A stretch of DNA of 20,000 bases, taken from Vicugna vicugna. Taxonomy: Eukaryota. The notes below the pieces were generated by a model that saw only the letters and a list, made by a program, of their open reading frames with translations, was not told where the DNA came from and did not search any database. Of the stretch, positions 10,495 through 20,000 are shown in pieces. Both the position numbers and the translations under genes were made by a program. Location: assembly GCA_013265495.1 (NCBI GenBank), contig MU058636.1:8245881-8265880 (forward strand), read 5' to 3'. Each line of letters begins with the position of its first letter. Within the stretch, counting starts at the first letter, position 1.

Positions 10495-12454
10495 TCCAAA
10501 CAGAGTAATACACCTCTTCAAGCTATTGCTGGTTATACAAGAGAGGCATTTCAGGAGCATAACTTCTAAGAGAAGATTCAGCATTGCTCTGCTTGAGTTG
10601 GGATAACACTGGCATTTAATTAAATCAAGAGCAGATTAGGATGGTGAAGAGGAGCAGAAAACCACACTGGGGAGTCATCATGTCAGGATTCCTTTATTCT
10701 GTATCTGAGCATCAGTGTAAATTTTGCAAGTGATTATATATCGAAAGGAAGTTCTGGAATTTCACTTTAATGAAATTTACCGACAGACACACATTTTTAT
10801 TCAACATAACTTTTGTAATTTTTTCCAGAGTGCTACATGAGACAAGCTCAGTCATTACAGAAAAATGGAGGGGAAAAAGGGAATAAGACAGGTCAAAGCA
10901 ATTTAAAAAATTTCAGTCATCATAATTACTTAGAACAAAACTATGTAGTTTTAAAGTTATTTCATTTTTACTAGTTACTTATTTCCATTGGTAGAACTGA
11001 CATTCTGTTTTTCAGTCATTGCTTTAAATCTTTTAATTGTAACAGCATTTCCCAGGTGATATGTATTTCTTCATGATCCAAATTAGGATTGATATAAAGT
11101 GAATTAAATTTGTAAACCTTCTGTCTTTAAAACATAATCTCGTGTTTAGCAATTAAATTTTACTTGAAATATTTTATTAATAAAACCGTTTGTTTCTACA
11201 TGCTTGATAATGCTTATGATTTGGTGATTTCTTATTTTCATTTATAAACTATATATTTAAGATATTTAACAGCACAGAGTGAAACATTTGAAATTTCTAT
11301 TCTCCACGTTCACAGCAGATTTTAAAGTAAGGGCTTAGAAATATGAGTAATCAATTGTCAGGGACACAGATAACTCTTTGGAATGCCTACCAGTAGAAAG
11401 AGAAAAAAAAATCATGACAGTTTAAAATTACACTGTGCTCTTCATCATATTACAGACTTAATCTGCTCACTCTAACTTTCCCTCTGTCAGCTTTGCAACT
11501 TCATTTCTGTGTTTAATAAAGAACATGTAGGAAGATATTATTTAGAACTCAAAAGAGGTGTTTAGGAGAGAAAAACTACAGTGTTCCGCTGTTAACATTC
11601 TTCTTTCCTTGGCGGAGGGCACATATACTAGCTTCCTTCTTTAGCACGAGACCCATTCCGGGTCTCTCTCCTGGCTTTTCGTCCTGTAGTTTGGTTCTCT
11701 CATGTCGCATTACTTCTTTCCAACCCCCTGTTCAGTAGTTTGGTTTTAGAGTTCATAATCTCTAATTGATTTCATTCCCTTAATTCATCAGAAAGCGCAA
11801 TGCGGGCATTTCTGAGTTATCAATGAAAGCTTAGCTTATGAACAGAGGGTATCCCACCATAATTATTAATCATAAGATTTGGGATGTCAAGGATGTGTGT
11901 TTGTATTTATTGCTGCAGGCTAAGTCAAGTGCCCAGAAAGTGTAGGCAACTAGTATTACTTTTCTGTGCTTGGATATATAGCTTCTTTTCTTTTCTTCCT
12001 GCTGCCTTCTTTGTTAACCTTCAGTGAATTTATCCTTTACTCATATAATCACTTAGTTAATTTAGCCTAAAAGACAGCGTTGGTGTATTAGTGATGAATG
12101 TATTATGTAAGATCCCTGATTCTTTAAGTCTGAGATAACTTTAGAAGTATAGCAGTTAAGTCTCCCAAACTGGGGTAGAGTTTTATGACTTGACAGATGG
12201 CCATCCCATTCTCTTTGAAAACTTTCACATTTTTCAATTTTCTGAGAGCTCTTGTATTTTGAACTATATTCCATAAATTGAAGTGCAATCTGTCTCCATA
12301 TTACTATTATCCATTACACAACTTCTGTTATGATGTTCTCAAGAATAACTTTTAACCCTGTCACAGAAAATCACTTTAAGTTTTGAATTCAGCTCATGTG
12401 AATCTAGGTTCATCTCATTCTCCTAGTTTTTTTTTTTCAGACTTAACACAAGTA

Positions 12455-12796
12455 ATGGTAAGGTTGAATAGTGAGTATCAAAATATAAGTAACTTAAAAA
12501 AGTTAGGAAGTGATTTCCCTCCCATGTAAAAGTTTATAGGTAAGTGGTTTGGTCATGTTTTGTTTGCTTTGCTTCGCAAAGATTTAGGACTCAAGGCTTC
12601 TTCTAGCTTATTGTTTTTCTGTGATAACCTCCATTCCCAAGGTGGCCTCATGGTCCAAACCAGGTCACTTGGCTAAATCTACTTTTAAAGGACTCTTCAT
12701 TTGGGGTGGTTAAATGCTCAGTTAAAATCAAGTATTCTGTAACTGTGGGAGAAGAACAGAATAATTTTTGGAGAGCAATTAGCATGCTCAGGCATA
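12455..12796 (-). mobile_element. MaLR solo LTR, MLT1J/K/L-like
   Basis: Antisense MLT1 motifs in order: aacttaaaaaagttaggaagtgatttccctcccatgtaa, aggactcaaggcttcttctagctt, cctcatggtccaa, ggtcacttggctaaatcta, tcagttaaaatcaagtattctgtaact, ggagagcaattagcatgctcaggcata (compare ggcaactagcagtctctgccaca). Confidence 0.8.
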
Positions 12797-12964
12797 GAGG
12801 GTTATGCCTCAGAGACTCATAAGTATTCTGGTCGCCCTTTTATTGGTGAATTTAGGTTCTGATTGCCTATGGTCCCCCTAATGAACACAGTAATCTGAGA
12901 TGAATACAGTGGACATGCTATGTGCCTTGATTTTCAACACCGCCTAAGATAGCAGCCAACTATC

Positions 12965-13102
12965 CTGGAATTATCATCTTCACATGAATTATAATTAAGG
13001 GTAGGTAAAAAGTTGTTCTGTGCCACTCATGGTATCAGAATTGGGATTCAAATTAAACTCAGAATCTGTGCTGTATTGATTTTAATCTTCTGCTGTCTTC
13101 TC
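12965..13102 (-). mobile_element. Degraded MIR fragment
   Basis: aattatcatcttcacatga...tggtatcagaattgggattcaaa...tctgtgct resembles the reverse MIR (ggcagagctgggattcaaacccag). Confidence 0.45.
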
Positions 13103-14147
13103 CTAAAATAAATACTGGCTAAAAAAGGGAAAAAGAGTTTTCCACTACAGGTAAATATGTACTTTTACGTGAAATAGCACCCTACTGCCTACATACACAC
13201 ACCACACACATTGCTCATATGTACATATACAATGTGTGTCATGGCAGTATAAAATACTATATTTTCTGGGCATCTGAATTGTCAAAACTCTTTTAGATAT
13301 GTTTATAAGGCCAGATTTATAAGTTTCAAAGATGAAAACTTTTAGATTTTTAGTTATTACCCTTGGATTTTGGGGCTTTGTGAAAATACACAGTACAGAA
13401 AATTTCTGCAAGTCCAGCAGAAATCGGCTTTATGGGGATAGACTGGGTAGAAAAATTAATGGAGAGTGTAAAGCCACTGCAGACTCCTTGGATTACTAGT
13501 GGATTTGAAAATGAACAGGTATTTGCATGAACAGTAGTTTGACTGCTTATTATCCTTTGCTCTCGTCTCTGGTCACATTACATGATGTAACCCGATGAAT
13601 CAGAAATTGGATCTGTATGGGGAGATGTGGGTGACCACAGTCCCCTGCTGGTCCCTGCTTCTGCAGACGAGATATTCCAACATCCTCTGGCATCATTTTG
13701 GAAATCAACCAGAACTTAAGGTTTGTTAGGGAAGTCTGCTAAAATGCTCACAAATAGAGCAAACACCGCTATCGGAGGCCTGTTCTTGAGACTTGTACTC
13801 CTGACCTCCAAGAAACCTTGTGGACTGAAGCTCTTTGACTTATAGTTCTGCTCGCCATCCTCACTTCAAAAGTCTGCTGTTATCTCCTAGATGTTCGTGT
13901 TTGTTCTCAGAGGCATTACTATCTTAAAATCTACTGTCTGAGGGCCTCTGAGAACTAGTCTTTATCCGTGTGGTCTGCTTAATGTAGGCCTGCATTTACG
14001 AAACAGAACTGATATAGTTGGTGGGATTTACCCCTGAATGAGAGATAGGACTGATAAGTCCACTCTCTCTACTCTTACAGTGCATGGCAGTTTAACAATT
14101 CTGATTTTATCAGATACACCAGTTCTTGATTTATAAAATTACATAAA

Positions 14148-14210
14148 GTAATTTTCTCTTAGTGTGGTTTTTGGACCACTAACATCAGCATCACCCAACG
14201 TGCTGATTAA
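14148..14210. mobile_element. MER5A (hAT-Charlie) terminal fragment
   Basis: ttctcttagtgtggtttttggaccactaacatcagcatcacc compares well with MER5A ttctcaaagtgtggtccccggaccagcagcatcagcatcacc. It is truncated at the L1 junction. Confidence 0.8.
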
Positions 14211-14551
14211 AGGTGCTGTAAACATCCTTATGCAGGTTTTTGTGTAGGCATAAGTTTTCAACTCCTTTGGGTAAATACCAAGGACTGCAATTGCTCAATT
14301 GTATGATTAATTTAGTTTGTATAAATGTTGAGAATTTAGTGTGTTTAGCTTGTTTAGTTTTGTAAGAGTATATTTAATTTTGAAAGGAACTGCTAAACTT
14401 TCTCTCAAGGTGGCTATACCATTTTGCATTTCTACCAACAGTGAATGAGCGTTCCTCTTGCTCTACATCCTTGTCAACATTTGGTGTTGTCTGTGTTCTG
14501 GATTTTGGCCATTCTAATAGACAGGTAGTGGTATTCGTCATTTTAATTTGC
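14211..14551 (-). mobile_element. LINE-1 fragment (ORF2 C-terminal region), L1MC1/2-like
   Basis: gctgtaaacatcc..tgcaggtttttgtgt..cataagttttcaactcctttgggtaaataccaagga, gtggctataccattttgcatt..accaacagtgaatgag, ggattttggccattctaatag. ORF 14374-14592(-) contains L1 ORF2-like text (LLEWPK, NVDKDVEQEERSFTVGRNAKWYSHLE). Confidence 0.93.
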
Positions 14552-14829
14552 CTCCCCCTCCCTCTTCTTTCTTTTTCCTCTTCCTCCCACACATAAATAT
14601 GAACATTGTTGCTTTCTTTGAGTTTGAAGGCAACTACTTTTTATAAAATATTATGTTTGTTTTATAAAAAAAAATTGAAATTATTTCTACAATTAAAATC
14701 AGCATAATTTAAAACCCTTAAAGTTTGGGATCTAAATTCTGTAAGTGTAAAGCTGATGTAATAAAATGTTTGCTTATTTCATTTCCATGATCAGTTTCTC
14801 TCTTTTTTTCCTGATACTCTTTTTAAATG

Positions 14830-14898
14830 GGTACTCTCTGTATCCTTACTAGACTTTATTTTTCTTCTCAGCACTTGCCATCACCTGAAAATTATTAT
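14830..14898 (+). mobile_element. L2a fragment
   Basis: tccttactagactttatttttcttctcagcacttgccatcacctga compares with L2a cccttaccctgctttatttttcttcatagcacttatcaccacctga. Confidence 0.7.
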
Positions 14899-14904
14899 TT
14901 TTTA

Positions 14905-15336
14905 AAAAACTTATTTTTTGAACAACTTTAGGTTCACAGCAAACTTGAGAGGAAGGTAAAAATTTCCCAGACAGCTCCTGCCCTCACATAGGCATAACCT
15001 TCCATGTTATCAACATCCCCCACTAGATTAGTACATTTGTTATAATTGATGAATCCACATCACAACAATTAACACGTCATAAGCACCTGAAGCCCATAGT
15101 TTACTTTAAGGTTCACTCTTGGTGGTGTATGTTCTAAGCGTTTGGACAAATGTGTAATGACATATATTCATCATTATAGTATCACACAGAATATTCTTAC
15201 TGTCTTAAAGATCCTCTGTTCTCCTCAAATTCATCCCCTCCCTTCTCCTCTCCATGGTAATCACTGACCTTTTTATTGTCTCCATAGTTTTCCTTTTTCC
15301 AGAATGTCGTATAGTTGGAATCGTATGGCATGTAGT
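14905..15336 (-). mobile_element. LINE-1 3' terminus (3'UTR), L1MC1/2-like
   Basis: tttaggttcacagcaaacttgagaggaaggta, ttatcaacatccccca, gtacatttgttataattgatgaa, ccatagtttactttaaggttcactcttggtg, ttggacaaatgtgtaatgacat, ccagaatgtcgtatagttggaatc. Confidence 0.93.
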
Positions 15337-15533
15337 TCAGTTTCTTCATTTATTTTTTATGAACATATAATAGGAGTTTGTCACAATGTTAATCCTCATG
15401 GATTTCTCTCTGAAATAATCTTGTTGTTTACCTTATGTCTTTTCCAATGCCATTTGATAGATAAATCCTGATATAAAAAGCAATATTTTAGCTCTTTTGT
15501 TTGAAAGTTCTTGCCCTATAAAACAATGGCTAT

Positions 15534-15850
15534 CAGTGTACATTAGCTAGTCCCCTCTATTTATAAATGTTATTTGTAATTTTCCTTTTATCACACTAAA
15601 ATAAAATTCATAGGTAATGTAACTAGCCTACACACATAATTTAAAAATTATGAATATAATTTTCTGGGTCTACCTTTAAAATAAAGAGAAGTAGAAGAAT
15701 TCATAATAAAATAATATGCATTTTAATTGAAAATATTTGGGCATAACTATACAAGAAGAGATAATAAAAAATCAGATATTTCTGATACTTAAAATTGATA
15801 TGTTTAAGATAAACAAGGTCACAAGCCAGTCTGTATCAGAAGTATAAGAA
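15534..15850. mobile_element. Old hAT-family DNA transposon relic (subfamily and right boundary unresolved)
   Basis: Begins with CAGTG, a hAT-type terminus. It continues with aaataaaattcataggtaatgtaactagcctacacacataattt and ataataaaataatatgcatttt, which I recall from an ancient mammalian hAT consensus. Confidence 0.55.
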
Positions 15851-17010
15851 AGTGAAAGAACGAAGATGATATGAATATAAAAATATAGCATAAAAACTGT
15901 TACAGTAAGAAAACATACAAATACTTATTTGTATACGATAAGAAAGGGAAATGACCTTCACTGAGTTACTGGTAGCACACCAAGACTAACTACAAACAGT
16001 AGAGCCAGAGTAAACTTGAAAGTAATCTTGAAACTAAGTTGGGCCTTATTTATAAGTGTACTGTCAAAATTGTTCCCTGTGTTATGACATAGGAGAGAGT
16101 AGTGACTTCCTTAGATCAGCATTACTTCTAACTTGAACTCCCACTTGGGAGTCACTGGTACTTAAAAGACGTGGAGGACATGTCCTTTGATATGGAACTG
16201 GAAATAGAGGATTCGTTGGAAAAATAAGCAGCAATACAAGAAGCTATTAGAAGTTACATAGTCAACACCTGGGACAGTATCAGAAATAAAAACACCAGGC
16301 AACACAACAGAACTTTTTTGTTTAAGTTTTGTAAACCAAATTGAAAACAAGATAAAAACATAGGGTAGCTATAATGTTAAATATTTTTAAGCTGCATTTG
16401 TTAGTAAAATTCAACCAGATCCCTGTATTTCATGTGCTTTGCTGACTGACTAATAGTGTTGGTCCTATGCCTGGTAAAAGAGATCTCAAATCTACTTTGA
16501 TACATCAATGCAATTGTTTAGTTGTTTCCCAGTAACTGCAGCACAGCTCTGAAACCTTACCTATCTTGATAATTTTAGTAGGGTGTGGTTGTACGTGGGT
16601 GTGTTTGTGTGCGGGTTCCCAGACAACACTATCGGTGTTTTCAGCATCAACATTTCCTGAAATAATTAAGTGAAAATATGCACTAAGTAATCAATAATGC
16701 CGGCTCTTTCACTGAAAGTGTATGGAAACTTTCCCTAGTGCTGTGAAATGTTCCATTCAACAACATGACTAATCTTCAATAATGTCTTCCAATTTGACAT
16801 TGAAAGATACATATTTTGTTATACATGTAGTTTAAAATGTTAAACAATTATTGCTATTAGTAGTAGTAGTATTAGGAAGAGAGGAGTCATGAATGGAAAT
16901 TAGTTGAGTCATCATTAGAATTGAAATTTGGGGAGAAACTGTAATGTGGAATAAAACACTGGATAGGGCTCAAAGGACAGAGAAAAGTGCTTGACTGGGA
17001 AAGATGTTTT

Positions 17011-17192
17011 TCCTCTACTTTATTGAGATATCATTAACATATAGCATTGCGTAAACACCACTTGTACAGGTGTTGATTTGATTTGATACGCTTATAAATT
17101 GCAAAACAGTTATCACCATAGATTAGCTAACACATCCATCATGTCACGTTTACCATTTTTTTCTTTCTGGTGAGAACGTTGAAGATCTACTG
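17011..17192 (-). mobile_element. 5'-truncated LINE-1 3' tip (L1MA9-like) with probable target-site duplication
   Basis: tttattgagata..attaacatatagcattg, tgttgatttgat, caccatagattagctaacacatccatcatgtcac, ggtgagaacgttgaagatctact. Flanked by TGGGAAAGATGTTTT (16996-17010) and TGGGAGGGATATTTT (17193-17207). Confidence 0.88.
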
Positions 17193-17861
17193 TGGGAGGG
17201 ATATTTTAAACCATCACTTACTCATGAAGCAGTTCTTATCTTACTATTTTTTAAATTTTGGTTAAGAATTTTTCTGGTATACATTTAATCTTCAAAAATA
17301 TTTCTAAATGAATTGTGCAAAATACATTATTATTATGATTGTAGTTTTTGAAGGTGGAGTCCCAAAACTGTTCTTTTCCAGGACAAAAGGAAAATTTCAG
17401 GGAAGGATTGTAGGTGGGGGATTTTAACTGAGTTGATATATCTGCAACTTTTTTTTTCTGGTGCATAATTTCCTACAGGTCTGTACAAATTGTGTAGATT
17501 TATAAAACCTTAAGATTAGGGGAGATAGTGGGGAAGTGGCTGGCTGCAGTTGAAATAGCTTTGAAGTTTACTTCTGCCAAAGTTCCACAGCTTGTAGCTA
17601 ATGAAAACACAGATGGCGATCTGATTGGTATAGATCCCTATTTCCTTCCATTTTGCTAACGCATATTTTCCACAGGAGCATATTAGCATGATTCATAGTT
17701 CCTTCAGGTATTATGTGGAAAAACATCTGTTAACTGTTGTATATGTAGGCATACACAGTTATTAAAATGGATAATTTGGAGTAGATTATTTGCTTCTCAG
17801 TTTATTTAGGTGGAATTAATATACATAAAATCCCTATATGTGAAGGGTTATTATATCAAAA

Positions 17862-17990
17862 AGACCTAGAAGAGGCAGGCAGAGTCAGCTTCAGTTTTTC
17901 TCTCTCTGTGTGTTGTACCCGTGGGCAACTCACATCTGATTTGAAGTCTTTTTCCTTTGTGTGTAAAGAAGCTAATATGTTAGGTTATAA
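17862..17990 (+). mobile_element. Degraded MIR fragment (tentative)
   Basis: gttgtacccgtgggcaactcacat...ttttcctttgtgtgtaaa resembles MIR gctgtgtgaccttgggcaagtcactt...tttcctcatctgtaaa. Confidence 0.4.
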
Positions 17991-18465
17991 GTAGCAGGTG
18001 CTCTACTTGCACTTTAGTTTCTTACTGAACCGGAAGACAATTAAAGTTATTAAATGATTAGCAAGTATCTTCAAAGGATCTGGAATTTTTAAGTATGACG
18101 GAAGGCTTGAGGGAAGATTTAACCAACGTTTTATTAAATCTGTGGAATTACTCAGTTTAAGCTTGGCCTGTAGCAAAATTGTGAGCAGGAGGAGTTTGCT
18201 TCTGGGGAAACAACCTATTTATTGCCGTTCTCCTCCCTTTAGAGCAGCTTGCTCTCCTCCACCCGTTTCAGTGGATCCATTCCCTCTCATTTTCTGGGTA
18301 GCTGACATCATCAAAGCCAGTACTCAGTTGTACAGTAAGGTGTGACACTCTTACAAGGTTCTAAAATTTTCTTCTTTCTGGAGTGACCCCATGTTAATAA
18401 GTGTAGCCAAACACCTTTGGGGGCTCCTTTTATGAGCTGCAGAATAAGGAAGAGTAGTTGAAGCC

Positions 18466-18761
18466 AGCAATTCTAAAAGACTGTCCATGGAACCTAAGTC
18501 CTAAGTCATCTTCTCAAAGAGGATTCCGTGGTCAAATGCTTGGAATATGTTACTTATCCGTTTGTTGGAAATTCAAAATTCATCTTAGAATGGAAAAGAA
18601 TCTGATAAGGTTTATGAAAAAAAATTCTTTTATTCCCTTTAGCACAACATTTGGCAATTGTATTGACCATGAAAGCCAACTATCATTTCTGTGTTTATTT
18701 CTGTATCACCTGTTAATATTTCTCAGAATCACTGGGTTATGGACTGCATTACAGGGGCTCT
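18466..18761. mobile_element. hAT-Charlie non-autonomous DNA transposon (Charlie4-like)
   Basis: Starts with cag and ends with ctg. It contains tccatggaac, ggattccgtggtcaaat and its inverted counterpart attgaccatgaaagcc, plus ttggaaattcaaaattcatcttag and cacctgttaatat, as in Charlie4-type consensus sequences. Confidence 0.7.
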
Positions 18762-19059
18762 GTACATCACCTCTGAACTCACACCACATGAGACCTTTGT
18801 TATTAGACATTCTGGGGATAGACTATGTACTTGTGACCACTGATCTTTTCCACAGAGGATAAATTTACATTATTTATTAGCGAGAAGACTTTTCTTACAC
18901 TGGGCATAATTTATACTTTGAATGCATCATCTGGAGATGTTCTGAGGACTTTAGAGTAAAAGATGAGTTTTAATCTCTTTGGGCTAATTTGAGGTGTGAA
19001 GTATTGTATCGTCCTTATCTCATGAAGCCTAGTAGATACATATGCAGAGATCCCGAAGT

Positions 19060-19360
19060 CTGTTGCAGAGAGCATTTATTACACTGGACTGTATTCATGT
19101 CTTTAATGCTCAGATAAGTACCACCTTCCTCCCTTTTACTATTATTTTACCACAGGATTTACCATCATCTAATATATTATATATTTTACTTTTTATTTTG
19201 TTTATTGTCATGTCCCCATCCCTCAGCTGGAATGTAATCTCCGTGATGACAAGGAATTTTTTTCTTTTATTCATTCATTGTTATATCTCCAGCATTTAAT
19301 GAGTACTGCCTGGCACACAGAAGGTGCTCAAAAATCTATTTGTTAAATGAAATATGATTA
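19060..19360 (+). mobile_element. L2a 3' end
   Basis: tttgtttattgtc..tcccc..ctggaatgtaatctccgtgatgacaagga...ttcattgttatatctccagc...tgcctggcacacagaaggtgctcaaaaatctatttgttaaatgaa is the canonical L2a tail. Confidence 0.92.
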
Positions 19361-19364
19361 AGCC

Positions 19365-19690
19365 CTGAAGTAGGTATATATACCTGTATTTAGAGGTCTT
19401 ATCAGCATATAGGTAATAAATATATTCATGACAATGGATGATATCATATGGGTATACGAATGAGATGGTAACAATTCTTGAGTTGAAACACTGAGATTCA
19501 CCAATGTTCACAGGGAGGGAGGGGAAGGAAAGTCCATGTAGGCACTAAGAAGGAGAAATGAGGAGGTAAGTACAGAGCAAAAAGAAAGTGGTGCCCTAGA
19601 AATAACCGGAGAACAGACTACCAAGAAGGTACATATGTTAAGACTACAAGGAGATTGGGTATGACGAGCACTGTGTAAGCTCAAATGATG
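19365..19690 (-). mobile_element. L2 internal (ORF2) fragment, antisense
   Basis: atcagcatatagg...catgacaatggatgatatca...ccaatgttcacagg...aaggag...gtggtgccctagaa is collinear with antisense L2 (gtcatcagcatatagatgg...ccatgggactggatgagatca...ccaacatttagagg...gtggtgtcacggaagcc). Confidence 0.75.
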
Positions 19691-20000
19691 GGACATCTCC
19701 TGGGGCCAGTTCAGATCATATTTGTGGTACCAGCCATCATTACCCTTGTTCTGTGAGATGGGCCCTATGCACACGAAGACAGGCATCGGTTTTTAATAAT
19801 GCAATGGGAGTTGAATTCTCCTGACCACATTCAGGGGATGGCAAGCCTCTTGGGGTGCCTTTTTATACCCATATAATATGATTCAGATATTTTTCTTTCT
19901 GGATAAATCTGTTTATACATCCAGAGTTTCTTGGTAGTTAGAATAGAGGCATTGAAATTATTTATGTTTGGCATTATATTTAGATTAAAAGCAAAGCATG

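Noticed and set aside
10076..10606. ORFs with THTHTH or CVCVCV repeats that look like metal-binding proteins
   Set aside because: They are translations of the (TG)n microsatellite.
18458..18862. 134-aa ORF
   Set aside because: It has a non-ATG start and coincides with a non-autonomous Charlie-like element. No transposase motifs are present.
12536..19571. Strong AG|GTAAGT donor motifs at ~12540 and ~19566
   Set aside because: Both fall inside repeats (MLT1 and L2) with no convincing upstream acceptor or exon.
1..20000. CRISPR array, tRNA/rRNA, CpG-island promoter, or prokaryotic/defence system
   Set aside because: No regularly spaced repeats, structured RNA gene, CpG island or gene-dense operon-like organisation is present. 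The sequence is mammalian non-coding DNA.

Overview
AT-rich, CpG-depleted eutherian mammal genomic DNA, intergenic or deep intronic. There is no recognisable protein-coding gene, RNA gene, CRISPR array or prokaryotic feature, and the listed ORFs are chance or repeat-derived. Much of the window is ancient interspersed repeat: several MIR SINEs, L2 fragments, old L1M fragments (L1ME-, L1MC- and L1MA9-like), an MLT1 (MaLR) solo LTR, hAT DNA-transposon relics (MER5A, Charlie4-like), and (TG)n/(TC)n microsatellites. The clearest protein-level signal is a ~1 kb decayed ERV-L pol fragment (RNase H end plus integrase) on the minus strand at ~6990-8045. I saw no Alu or other young lineage-specific SINE. 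All repeat calls are from remembered consensus sequences, not a database search, so subfamilies and boundaries are approximate. I cannot support a novel biological system here. The best leads are a candidate two-exon spliced micro-ORF (4682-4921), other orphan exon-like segments, a possibly unannotated gag-like relic at 1-1150, and some odd repeat architectures.
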